From the NCBI GenBank assembly GCA_016748015.1, contig JAAOMT010000470.1, positions 253,964 to 317,963 on the forward strand: DNA of 64,000 nucleotides, given 5' to 3'. Origin of the DNA: Geosiphon pyriformis uo1 (Eukaryota; Fungi; Glomeromycota). The notes beneath the pieces are model-generated. The model was not told the DNA's origin and ran no database searches. It worked only from the letters and a program-made list of their open reading frames with translations. The first letter of the stretch is position 1; each line of letters begins with the position of its first letter. Both the position numbers and the translations under genes were made by a program. Of this stretch, positions 1 to 11,860 are shown in pieces.

Positions 1-591
1 TTTATTTAAGCCTGGAGTCACTAACAGATTAATGAAATTGGTAGCTAATCAATTTCAAAATGTTAGTTGTATTAAGAGAATTTCAAATGTAATAATTTAA
101 AGGATTTGGTTTTCAAATATTTAATTTTTATTTGAGATATATAAAAAGTAATTTGTTCTAATTAAAATTTCTAAAGTAAAATACTATGATAAAATACTAT
201 AAGAAGATACATTTTCTTAAAGAAAGAAACTCTTTTTTTATACAATTTGTTGTAGTACTAGTCTTTGAATATGCACTTTTCTCTTTGCTCTAATTTTAGT
301 AAACTAAAGATATATTTCAGCAAACTACAAGTTATTTCTACAAACTATTGATTATTTCGGCCAATTTTCATCAATTTTGGCGAATTTGACTATATTAAAT
401 GGTTCAAGGTATTGTGTAATTTGATTATTTTAATTTCTATAATACAAATTGAGTTATTAATTGAATGATAATATTTGATAATTTGGTTAAATAATAAGTA
501 ATAATTAAAATAATAATAATATATGCTAATTAATAATAGAAATTATGAGGAAATTTTATGCTAATTAATAGCTAAAATTCTACTGATAACA
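1..591 (-). repeat. 3' LTR of family A element (cut by window start)
   Basis: Aligns with ~8890-9473. Minus strand begins TGTTATCAG, directly after PPT-like AAGAAGAAAATTA. Confidence 0.9.
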
Positions 592-602
592 TAATTTTCT
601 TC

Positions 603-1500
603 TTAAGACTGAGTTCTGTCAAGATAGTAGTCCAAAATAATTGAAGTAATTTGGTCTGAAAATTGTTAAAATTTCAGTTCTGTGAGCTTTCCAATGTATT
701 AAATTTTTATTAGATGAAGTATTGAATTTTGTAAGACATTTTCACAAGTGTTAAATAAATTATAGAGTTTAAATGCTGTTCTAAATTTGTAGTAAGTGTT
801 TGTTGATCTCACTGCTGTCTTGAATTTATTGTGAATTTGTTTTTGTATAGCTTCAGAAGTAATGTTTGTTGCTTTAAGTTTTAGTTTTTATTCATAAAGT
901 GTTTTTCCAATATGAAAATATTTATAGATAAGGATATATTCATTGTTCTGTTTATTAAGAAATAATAGAAATTTTTGTTAGATTGTGATATTTGATAAAA
1001 TATTAATAGAGGCAAATAAAAGGTTTTTTTTTAGTGCTTGCTTCAAAAGTTCTGGTAATTGATTTCCAAAGTAACTTCTTGTTTTTCTTCTGTAAGAATA
1101 ATAATTCTGAGAATTATTTTCTACTGGTGTTGTAGTTTCTTTTTGAGTGTAATTAATTTGACTTCTATTAATTGTTATGAATAGATCAGAAAGTGTTTTA
1201 AAAGCTATCATTAATTTTGGGATATTTGTTGAATATTTCGAGAAATAATCATGATAAAAATGACTAATTAATAAGTAAAATTTGAAAAAAAATAAAGAAA
1301 ATTATTTTTGGGTATAAGGTTTTTATTTGTTTTTGGATTTGAGTGTTTTTTGTAATTATTTACTATTTTTGTTTTATGTTTTGTGTTTTTTAAAGGAGTT
1401 ATTATAAAACTGTTAAATTAAATGTTTAAGTTTGGTTGTTATTCTATTATAACTATTGGTTCTAAATTTTGGGAAATATTTTTAGAATTAATTAAAGAGA
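603..1500 (-). pseudogene. Extra ORF (ORF3) between integrase and 3' LTR
   Basis: Minus-strand reading YFHIGKTLYE*KLKLKATNITSEAIQKQIHNKFKTAVRSTNTYYKFRTAFKLYNLF..., ending at the PPT. 5' boundary approximate. Confidence 0.6.
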
Positions 1501-1559
1501 AATGTGTACCAATTTGTGGAATTAATGGTTTAAGATTGTTTCTGGAATGATAATATTTC

Positions 1560-2801
1560 AATTAATCTTCATGTGCAACTTCTGCTAGTATTTTGTCATC
1601 AAGTTTTAATTTGTATAATCTATTGTTTAAAATTTTGTAAATATAAAATAGTTCATTTTATTTATGTTTAAATTTTCTATTCTATTGTTTTTCAGCCTTA
1701 GTTCTGTATAAGAGAACTTTATTTCCAACTTTAAATTTATTGGTAACTGGTGGCAATTTGTTATCATGTTTTTTTTTTGTTAAGCTTGAAAGTGTTTAAT
1801 ATAAGTGGCTGTTATTTGTCTTTTTTCTTTTAGTGTACTAAAAAAAGTGTAAGCTTTTCTTTAAAGTGTTTCTTAAAAGTTTTCTTTATTAATTGGTTGT
1901 ACTGGATATGTTTTTACTGTAAAATTAATTGGTAATGTTGCTGTTTTTCTATAAGTAAAATCAAATAGTGTGTGTTTTATAGTATCTTGTTTTAATGTTT
2001 TGTATACTAGTAACACTAATGGAATAAATATATCCTATTTCTGTTCAAAATCAATTGAGACTTTGGCTAAAGATTCACATAATGTTCTGTTGAAATGTTT
2101 TATAAGTCTATTTGTTTGGGGGTAATAAGATAATAATAAAAGTTTTTTAATATTAAATCATTTACAAATTTTCTGTATCAAGTTGTTTACAAAATGTGTT
2201 TTTTGATCAAATAAAAATTCAATTGGGCATTTATATCTATAAATAATATCTTTATAGATGAAATTTGCTATGGATTTTGCATCTGTTTTCTGGATGGCTC
2301 TAGTTTTAAGCCATTTGGTAAGATAATCTACTGCAACCACAATATAACAATTTCCTTGAGTTGTAATAGGTAATGGTTCAACTAAATCAATTTCAACTCT
2401 GTCAAAAAGTTGTTCAATTTTGATTGGATTTAAAAGTTTTGTGGGATGAGTTTCTCCTTTTCTTTGACAATTATCACAAGATTCTACATATTGTTAAATG
2501 TTTTTTTGTATGTGAGATCAAAAATAATGTTCAAGTATTTTTTGAATTGTTTTATTTCTTCCCAAGTGTGCTAAAGAAGAATTTGTATATATGTTATATA
2601 GAATTGTTTTTTTTTATTTTCTTGTACTAATCTAAATAATTGGTTTAGATTTCTACAATTTTTATAATAAATTTTGTTGTAGTGTATGAAATATTGTTTT
2701 GATTGGTGTTTTAATTGGTGTTTTTTACTTAAAAACCAATTTTCTGGCATAATAAGAGTTTCCAAATAGTTTTTAAAGTTGTTGTAATTTTTGAAATCCA
2801 T
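1560..2801 (-). pseudogene. Gypsy integrase (HHCC, rve core, GPY/F-type C-terminus), disrupted
   Basis: IDLVEPLP, VAVDYLTKW, DQKTHF, FNRTLC motifs with stops. Confidence 0.9.
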
Positions 2802-2899
2802 TATTGTTTTGTTATTTTGTTGGTAAGTTGGTAAGTTGTGATATTGTTGTTGGTGTTAATTTTGTCTCATTTTTGAGAGACTGTCAATATTGGTGTGTA

Positions 2900-4200
2900 G
2901 TTTTTCTGGTTTGTGGTATACAATATATTTGTAGTCTGCTAGAAAGTCATTCCATTAAGACTGTTTGGCATTTTGTTCAGTTTTTTTTTTGTTAAGCCAT
3001 TTAAGGCCAATATTGTTAATTATAATATCAAATTTTTTTCTATTTTTCAGGTATTGTTGAAAGTGTTTAAGAGCCCAAATAACTGGAACAGCTTCTAATT
3101 TAGTTGAGCTGTACTTGAGTTCTGTTGGTTTGACTGTTTTACTGACATAGACAATAATTTGTTTCTGGCCATTTTTATTCAATTGTAATAGGATGGCACC
3201 AAATACTGTGTGTAAAGCATCAGTGACTAGTTGGAACTGTTTGTTAAAGTTTGGATAAGCAAGAACTGGAGCTGTTGTTAGTTTTGTTTTAAGAATTTTA
3301 AAGGCTTTTTGTTGTTTTTCAGTCCATTAATATAATACATTTTTGTTGATAAGATAATTAAGTAGTTTGGCAATTTCTAAGAATCCTTTTATGAATTTTT
3401 AATAATATGAAGCTAATCCTACAAATCTTCATAGCTCTGTAGTATTTTTGGGAGTTTAAAAGTTTTTGACAACACTAATTGTTCCAGAATTTGGTTTAAC
3501 TCTATTTTTGCTAACAATATGTCCAAAAAAAATTAAATTTGTTTTTTCAAAGGGACATTTTTCAATGTTCAATTTTAATTCTGCTTTCTGTAATTATTGA
3601 AAAACTTCTTACAGATAAATAAGATAAGCTTTAAAACTTGGTAAGTACACATTAGTGTCATCAAGATAGACAATTATTGATTGCCATAAAAGTTTTTTAT
3701 ATATAACATCCATGAGTCACTGGAATGTTGTTGGTGCATTGCAAAGTCCAAAAAGCATAATATTGAATTCATAATTATCTTCTTGGGTGGTAAATGCTGT
3801 TTTGAGATGATTTTTTAAGTCCATTTTGACTTGCCAATATCTACTTTCCAAGTCTAAAGTTGAAAAGAACTTGGCTTTTTCTAAAGCATTTAGCATGTTA
3901 TCAATTCTTGAAAGAGAATAGATATCTCTAATTGTGACACTATTCAATTGTTAATAATCAACACAAAATTTGATTTTCCCATTTTTTTTTTGACAAAAAC
4001 TACTAATGAAACCCATAGACTTTTTGATGGTTGAATCAATCTATTATTAAGTATTTTTTGGACCTTTTCTCTGATAAATTGGTGATTAGCAAATGGAACT
4101 TAATAGGCTTGTTGTCATTTTGATAAAGCATCTCTTGTGTGGATTTGATGTTAAACAATATCAGTTTTTCCAAAATTATTGTTATCTTTTACAAATATAT
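2900..4200 (-). pseudogene. Gypsy reverse transcriptase-RNase H, disrupted
   Basis: FCVDY, FSTLDLESRYWQV, MLFGLCNAPTTFQ, VYLDD, VTDA, YSSTKLEA..VIWAL. Confidence 0.93.
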
Positions 4201-4689
4201 TAGCAATTTCAGTTATTAGCTGTTTTAATTGTTTTTGTTGTTGGGATTTCAAGGGACCCATATTAATTCAAAAGAGTTTTTCTTCTAAAACATGGTATTT
4301 TTTAGTAGTTAAAGCAATGTTTGGATTGAGAAGTAGGGTGTGTCTTATAATTTTGATAAAATTAAAAACAATTTGAAGATTTTCATCTTAGAAGATGTTA
4401 CTATATATAATTTCAATTTTTAATTTATTTAATAAAACAATGAGGTAGTTGTTGAAATTGTAAAATATAACTTGAAATTTCCTTATTTTTTTTGATATAT
4501 AAACATTTAAAATTGAGATTTCATGATTCAAACAGATTTGTTCATTGAATTCAAAGATTTGTTGGATAGTAGTGGGTTTTGAGCAAGTGTAAATTTCGTA
4601 ATGTTCTCTAAAAGATAAAATAGTGATTGGTTGGGAAAGTTGTAGAATCTGGTGAGATTCTCTTTGTATATTAAAAGCTATATTTACTG

Positions 4690-5095
4690 GAACTGTGAAT
4701 CGTTCAGTTGAATCAAAATCTTGTATTTTTCTTTTACTTTAGTCTAGTTGTTTTTTGTTACTAACTGGTTATAACTCTGAAATGTTAATTAAGAATAGAT
4801 AAATTGCTTAAGTAAATTTTTCAGCATGTTCTATTCTGAATGGTTTTTCAGTTTTATTTTGTAGCATAACAATAATGTCTCTAGTGTATTCTGTATTTAC
4901 AATTTCTATTCTAATATTTATTTTTTTGCTTGCCAATAATGATCTGGAAGCAATTTGAATCATTGCTTCTAATGGAATTTCAAGAGCAATTTTAAGATTG
5001 ATTTTTGTTAAAGATTTTGGTTAGAGGACCAAAGTATTTTTTCATAGATATCATAGATCATATCCAGCCTTTATATTATGGGCTTTTTCTGGTTT
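4690..5095 (-). pseudogene. dUTPase domain within Gypsy pol, disrupted
   Basis: PEKAHNIKAGYDL (motif 1), IASRSLLA (motif 2), IVNTEYTRDI (decayed IDxxYxG, motif 3), EKFT*AI (motif 4), RKIQDFDST (decayed RGxxGFGST, motif 5). Confidence 0.85.
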
Positions 5096-5399
5096 GATTT
5101 CTTAACTATTGTTGTTAAAGTATTTGAGTTGTAAGACCAATTGATTCTTAGTAAGATAGATTGAAATTGTTGTGATTTTTTCTTCTGGCTCAGATTTTCC
5201 AAACTCAATTTCCTCTTGGTCATCTTTGCTGAATAAAAAAATGCTAAGAGCATAGCATTCTAAACACTATTTATTATTATAAGACATAATGTATTCTTTA
5301 CATAATTGAATGTTTATTTGCTTTAATCATTGAATTTAAGCTTCTTGGATTGAATAAATGTGGCTTGCAATTTGGTGGTATGTTTTTATTTCATCTTCA

Positions 5400-6450
5400 T
5401 AGTTGAATTTAGCTAATTCTATTGTGTATTCAATATATTTAACTTTTTATATTTAACTTTTTTTATTTGGCAGACATCTTCCTGTATGGCTTTATTAATT
5501 AAAGCCATAGTTAGATTAAAGATCATTTCAACATCATAAAAGTAGTGATAAAGTTTGTTGAGAGCACTATTGTAGACTGCATCAAAGAGTGTTTTTTTTC
5601 TGACTTTTTCTAAGATTAATAAGACATATTAGCAGGTTTGATCACATATTCTTCCTTTCATTATAATATCAATTCAGTTGTATTCTTTTAGTAGCATGTC
5701 TCTACATATGAAACAAGAAGTATTGTTCTATTTTCTATTTTGTTTGGGATATCCAAATTGTTCTCTATGACATGTTTTATAAAAGTAGCAGATGCAAATT
5801 TCATATTTTTCTTCTGAAAAAATACATGTTCCTATTGATAAAAGTTTCTTTTTACAATCTTTACATTTAAGTGGAATGTAAAATGATTGTTTCCATGGTT
5901 TTGGTGTAAAGTATTGAACAACATTCTATCTTCTGGTTTCTTCAAAAATTTCTTGTTCTGTTTCTTCTGGCCAATTAGATATTAATCCAAAAGCCATAAA
6001 AGTTTCAATCACTAGTTTTTTTTCTTCTTTTTCAAATTCAAATACTGGGGCTTTTTTAGATTGTTTATTAAAAGTATTATAAATGGCAGATACTCTGGTG
6101 TATTGTCTTTAGTATAAAATCTTGAGTTCTTGAGTTTCTCAATCTAGATTTGCATTTGCTTTAAAAAGCCAATTGTTTTTGACAAGAGCTTAATATTGGG
6201 GTGTATTTATGACTAAAACTTTAACTGGAATGATAATTCCATTGACAGTAAATAGAAAGTTGTTAATTTCTCTTACTGGAGTTTTTTTCATGTTATCAGC
6301 TATAACAATTACAGTTTGAGCTGGTTTGTTAACGTTTTTTTTAAGCTGTTATATCAATTAATAGATAATAATGCTTCCAATAGATCTACTGTTTAGAATT
6401 AAGCAGATTTGTTTTTCTTCTACTTTAGCTTTAGTATACATAGCAGTGAT
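5400..6450 (-). pseudogene. Aspartic protease followed by a Cys-rich domain
   Basis: LILNSRSIGSII (decayed ILDSGS) at ~6400, then CKDC...C.C....C...CFIC...CDQTC at ~5620-5880. Confidence 0.75.
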
Positions 6451-6499
6451 TGCTTTTTGCTCATTAACTGCTGTATTGCTAAGCAAGAATGGTGATTCA

Positions 6500-8490
6500 T
6501 TGGCTTTAAATTCAAATGGAAATATATCTAAAAGATTGGTATTTTGAGCAATTTGGGCTGGTGGAATAGTATTGTTAAAAGAGTTTGATCTTGGTGCTGC
6601 AACTTTATCTTCAAAAAGTGCAGTTTGTTAAAAATTCACTCCTTCAGACATTGTGAGATAGCTGGGTTGAGTGTGGTAGTAATTGGGTTTTTGATGACCA
6701 GAATTTCGGGAAACCAACTGGTTGTTTGAGTTGATTTTGTTGTTATTATTCTGGAATTGATTTTGAGGTGTGAATTGGTTTTGTTAAACCAATCTTTAAA
6801 CTAATATTGTTGTGTAGGTAGTTGTTGATACTATTGGATTGGTAGAGATTGTTGATATGGCTGTTGTAAAGCAGACTGATAGTAATTGTTTTGCTGTTGG
6901 GATCTTGAAAAATAGTAGGCTGGTGGTGGAGGCTAATAATAAAATTGCTGTGTTGAAAAATAACATTGATTACTTCTGTTTTGTTGGTCTCTTTATAGCT
7001 TTCTGCAGTCTCATTTTCAATATCTTGAAATTCCACAATAGTAACCTTTTTGGTTTTGGCTGTTTAATAATAATAGATAATTGTTTTGATTACATTATTG
7101 GGATGGCTAATATTTTTGTAGTTGTTGTTGTTGTTAGTTGGTAAAATAATTTTCAACTTTTTTTGTGAGTTGGTCAATTTTCTCTTCAGCTGTTGAACTG
7201 GTTTCTCCAATAACAAGATTCACAAGTTTGGTATAATTTGTTTCTTTTATTGCTATTTTATAGTTCTTTGAATATTTAATAGCTATTGTTAAGTCTGCTG
7301 GGACATGTGGGCAAACTTTTTTGATTAGTTTATTTTTTAATTCTGCAATAAACTAATCTAGAATTTGGGTATTAGAATAGTAGTCATTGGTTTCCAGTTG
7401 TCAAATTTATCTAAGAAGTTTATTAAATCTCTTAAGATAGGTTATGACAATTTTAGATGTTTCTTGTTTGATATTGTGAAAGCAATTTCAGAGAGTAATA
7501 GAGATGTTGTTGTCAGTAAATTGTTGTAAAAAAACATTTTTAAATGCTTGCCAGTTTTCAAATGGTTTTTTTAAGTTTTCAAACCATTTTTTTGCAGTTT
7601 TTTAAAAAAAGTATGAGATTGCTTTGAGCATTTTTGCTGTATTCTATTTATTTGCATCTTCTGCTTTCTGGACTTTGTCAAGCCACTCTTAAGGACTGGT
7701 ATCATTATATTTATCAGTAAATTCTGAAATTTTTGCAATATAAGCAGTTTTTATTTTTTCTTTATTTTTTGTAGTTTTTTCTTGTTCTGATTCAGTTTCT
7801 TTACTTTTCAAGTTCTCTGAATAATTACTTTCGTTTTTCTGTAAGTAATCAAAAAGATTTGTGCTGATTGATATTAATTTCTGCTGTTAAGTAGGACTTT
7901 TTGGTGACTAAAAATCTTTTGGTCTTGAAAAATGGATAAGTAATAAATTTGGTGTTTGTGGTTGAGCAAGTAAAATTGGAAATGGTGTAATAGAAAGTGG
8001 TAATTTGATACTGGTTCCTTGTTCAGGTGTTTGTAAGTGTTTGGTAGTTGTTTTTGGTGTATTGTGAGCTGTATGGCTAACTCAAAGTGTTTTTTTTTGC
8101 TTTTTATTATTGCTATTTTCTGGTTCTAATTTAAAGTTAAGAGAGTATTTGGCTTGTATTGGGTATTTTTTTTCACAATACTGAATAATGTTAAAGTTAA
8201 ATTCTTGAAAGTAGATGACAAGTGTTTCACTGTTAAGGTCTTTAGTTTTCAATTGTAAATAGTGCAATAAATTATTGTAGAGGTTGTTTCTAACTTTTGA
8301 AATGTTGTAATTTTTAAAAAGATAATTATTAATGTGGTTTTCAATATATTAGTATAGTAATTTTTTGAAAATTTTAATTTCGTCTTGGATGTTGAATCTT
8401 TGCTTGCAATAAATGTAAATTGACTGATAATACTCTAGAGTTGTTGTGTTTGGTATGGTTATCACTTTGAATTTGTTATTGTTGTGTTAT
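6500..8490 (-). pseudogene. gag, disrupted
   Basis: Follows the PBS. Retrotrans_gag-like WFENL...WQAFKNVFLQQF...YLKRFNKLL and a decayed zinc knuckle. Confidence 0.75.
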
Positions 8491-8497
8491 TTCTATA

Positions 8498-8508
8498 GGA
8501 GAGCACCA
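8498..8508 (-). promoter_or_regulatory. Primer-binding site TGGTGCTCTCC
   Basis: TGG-starting tRNA 3'-CCA complement 2 nt inside the 5' LTR. Confidence 0.8.
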
Positions 8509-8510
8509 AA

Positions 8511-9473
8511 TGTTACCAGAAATTTTTGGTCTTTTTTCTTGAATGTTGTTAATGTTTGTCTGTTCTTAATTTCATGTTTTCTGGAAGCAATTGAACCTCC
8601 AATAACTGAATTTATTTTCAAATTATTTCTTATAATTTGAATTGCTGGACTTATAAATAAAATAGCCAATTTTGTGTTAGTTACATTATATAGTTATATT
8701 GTAATAAACATAACTTTTTTCCAGAAATTGTTTGTCTGGAAGCTCACTAAAATATGTAGTTATTTTACTATAAAAGTCAACTTTTCTACAAAAATCTTAT
8801 CTGTAGGCTACTCTAATAATTTTAAATAAAAAAAGTAAAAAAAATAAAAGAAATATAAAAGAAATAGAATTGTGTCAAAAGAAACATTTTCTATCTAGGC
8901 CTGAAATTACTAAAATTAATAGCTAATCAATTTCAAAATGTTAGTTATGTTGAGAGAATTTCAAGTGTAATAATTAAAAGATTTGGTTTTTTGAATATTT
9001 TAATTTTTATTTAAAATATATAAAAAGATAATTTGTTCTAATTAAGATATCTAAAATAAGATATTATAATAAAATACTATAAAAAGATACATTTTCTTGA
9101 AAAAAGAAGCTCTTCTTTTATATAATTTGTTATAGTACTAGTCCTTGAATTTGCACTTTTTTCTTTGCTTTAATTTTGGTAAATTAAAGATATATTTTGA
9201 TAAACTACAAGTTATTTCTATAAACTATTAATTATTTTGGCCAATTTTCATAAATTTTGGCGAATTTTGACTATATTAAATGGTTCAGGGTATTGTGTAA
9301 TTTGATCATCTTAATTTCTATAGTACAAATCAAATTATTAATTAAGTAATAATATTTGATAATTTGATTAAATAATAAGTAATAATTGAAATGATAATAA
9401 TATATACTAATTAATAATAGGAATTATAAAAGTAATTTTATGCTAATTAATAGCTAAAATTCTATTGGTAATA
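8511..9473 (-). repeat. 5' LTR family A (~963 bp)
   Basis: Termini TGTTACCAG...TTGGTAATA (decayed CTGGTAACA). Homologous to 1-591 and, inverted, to 25887-26846. Confidence 0.9.
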
Positions 9474-10504
9474 CCAACAGCCAATCATATTACAATTATT
9501 TCAATTTTTGCTGCTCCTAGCACCAAAGCCAGTTGTTTTTAATGTTTATTGAAAAAAACACAAGGTTACAAATAGAGCATGAATGATATTTTCAAATTTT
9601 TTAACAATCATTCATAGTATTTTTACAATTCCTTTAACATCTGGTGTGAACAATATTAATATCTGGGTTTTTGTTCTGATAATGACAACTAAATATAATA
9701 GTAATATGAATGAAATATTTATGATTAATAATGTCATGTTATCAACAGAAGACATGTAGACCAAAAGATACTATATCTTTATAAAAAAGTGACTATTTAA
9801 AGATTAAATTAATATTAATTAAAAACCTTTCTGAAAATAATAATACTTTAATGATTTATCATGTGGTAATATGACTTTAATGATTGCTGATTGGCTAAAA
9901 TTTGATTGATTGGCATCCAAAAATTAAAGATTAATAATAAAAGTGACTAATTTTAAACTTTAATAACTTTATAAAATATAATATAATTCAAAAAATTAAA
10001 CCATAAATGTGAAAGAAAAGAACTTAATCTATTATATTTACAGTTTATTTTTTTAATATTATTAAAATTGGAAGACTAGATACAATTTAAAATTATATAA
10101 ATTGTTTAATGACTATAAATGGTTTGCCGAATAACCGCTCACATGATATTTTTTATAAAATCACGTTAACTTTTGCATGGCAAAAGTGATCGGCGTAATC
10201 ATGACTTCTCACGACGAACTCGACCAATTAAAATTTTTTTTACAAAACGAACCCTTAAATAAAATTACTGTTGCTAGAGCCTTTCATGAACTATGGAAGT
10301 GTAAAGATGTACAAACGGAAGAAAGTGATTGTAACTGTCTTTTGGAGGTCTTTAAAGAGTTGACTGCAGAAACTCTAAATAGTGATAGAAAGGAATACTT
10401 CACTTCCTTACAAGATATAGACAAGGTACATGTAATTCACTAATATATGTTGTTTTTATAGATATGAGGATAATATAAATTGAACCACTCGTTAGTCGGT
10501 TAAT

Positions 10505-10899
10505 CATTTGCGGGAAGTTTCAGCTTTTGTATTACTGGATATGAAGAAGATCTGTAAGCGGTGGTGACTGGCCATAAGCCATTTGCGAGAAGTTTCAGCT
10601 TTATATTACAGTATACAAAGGAAGATCTGTAAGCGGTGGTGACTGGCCATAAGCCATTTGCGAGAAGTTTCAGCTTTTGTATTACTGGATATGAAGAAGA
10701 TCTGTAAGCGGTGGTGACTGGTCATAAGCCATTTGCGAGAAGTTTCAGCTTTATATTACAGTATACAAAGGAAGATCTGTAAGCGGTGGTGACTGGCCAT
10801 AAGCCATTTGCGAGAAGTTTCAGCTTTTGTATTACTGGATATGAAGAAGATCTGTAAGCGGTGGTGACTGGCCATAAGCCATTTGCGAGAAGTTTCAGC
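10505..10899. repeat. 75-bp tandem array, 55-nt constant + 20-nt alternating A/B segment (5.3 units)
   Basis: Units start at 10505, 10580, 10655, 10730, 10805 and 10880. Runs into the N gap. Confidence 0.95.
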
Positions 10900-11494
10900 N
10901 NNNNNNNNNNNNNNNNNNNNNNNNNNNNNNNNNNNNNNNNNNNNNNNNNNNNNNNNNNNNNNNNNNNNNNNNNNNNNNNNNNNNNNNNNNNNNNNNNNNN
11001 NNNNNNNNNNNNNNNNNNNNNNNNNNNNNNNNNNNNNNNNNNNNNNNNNNNNNNNNNNNNNNNNNNNNNNNNNNNNNNNNNNNNNNNNNNNNNNNNNNNN
11101 NNNNNNNNNNNNNNNNNNNNNNNNNNNNNNNNNNNNNNNNNNNNNNNNNNNNNNNNNNNNNNNNNNNNNNNNNNNNNNNNNNNNNNNNNNNNNNNNNNNN
11201 NNNNNNNNNNNNNNNNNNNNNNNNNNNNNNNNNNNNNNNNNNNNNNNNNNNNNNNNNNNNNNNNNNNNNNNNNNNNNNNNNNNNNNNNNNNNNNNNNNNN
11301 NNNNNNNNNNNNNNNNNNNNNNNNNNNNNNNNNNNNNNNNNNNNNNNNNNNNNNNNNNNNNNNNNNNNNNNNNNNNNNNNNNNNNNNNNNNNNNNNNNNN
11401 NNNNNNNNNNNNNNNNNNNNNNNNNNNNNNNNNNNNNNNNNNNNNNNNNNNNNNNNNNNNNNNNNNNNNNNNNNNNNNNNNNNNNNNNNNNNNN
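10900..11494. other. Assembly gap (N)
   Basis: Run of N. Confidence 1.
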
Positions 11495-11860
11495 TTACGT
11501 TACGAAAAGAAACGAAATTCAAACCCGGTGCAAATTCGTCATTGCACCTTCAGAAACGACAAGGCACGAGAACTGGGTTGAGGGCGAAGACGACAGAGCA
11601 CAAATAGCAACAAATATAACAGACACTCTTCTGCAAGAAATTAAGAGGAATGTTCTTCATAAAATTTCCAAAGCTTCAGAGAATGCTCTCGTAGACGTTG
11701 TGGCACGTCTTATGGAGGCGTCTATATATCAAATGCCAATTGGCTTGGATATCGAAGTAACAAAAAATGATCGTCAAAGTGATGCCAGCAAAAAACGAAA
11801 AAATCGACAAGTATCCGATTCAAGAGGCAACAAGCCAGACTTAATGATTCGAGCTATTAT

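Larger units (their letters stand above)
1..9473 (-). mobile_element. Degenerate Ty3/Gypsy LTR retrotransposon, family A (LTR-PBS-gag-PR-Cys-rich-dUTPase-RT-RH-IN-ORF3-PPT-LTR)
   Basis: Direct repeats 1-591 and ~8890-9473. Minus-strand domain order PR-RT-RH-IN. RT motif IVYLDD at ~3655-3678. Many premature stops. Confidence 0.93.
10201..11860 (+). pseudogene. Copy 1 of an intron-containing, putative PD-(D/E)XK nuclease-like gene (Glomeromycotina expanded family), partial
   Basis: MTSHDELDQL...LQDIDK, then a candidate GT..CTAAT..AG intron 10426-10461. After the gap reads NDRQSDASKKRK...GNKPDLMIR, then breaks off into AT-rich DNA. Confidence 0.55.

Noticed and set aside
2424-8640. Short plus-strand hydrophobic ORFs here and over other TEs
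   Set aside because: Antisense artefacts of AT-rich decayed elements.
9474-10125. Possible gene or promoter with several CCAAT/ATTGG boxes
   Set aside because: No ORF or homology could be supported. AT-rich and decayed.
10505-10899. Bona fide CRISPR array
   Set aside because: Only two mutually related spacers alternate, there are no cas genes, the context is eukaryotic, and the array abuts a gap. Kept only as an unusual repeat.
10722-11607. Long ORFs spanning N runs (also 49270-50293)
   Set aside because: They are open only because of the Ns.
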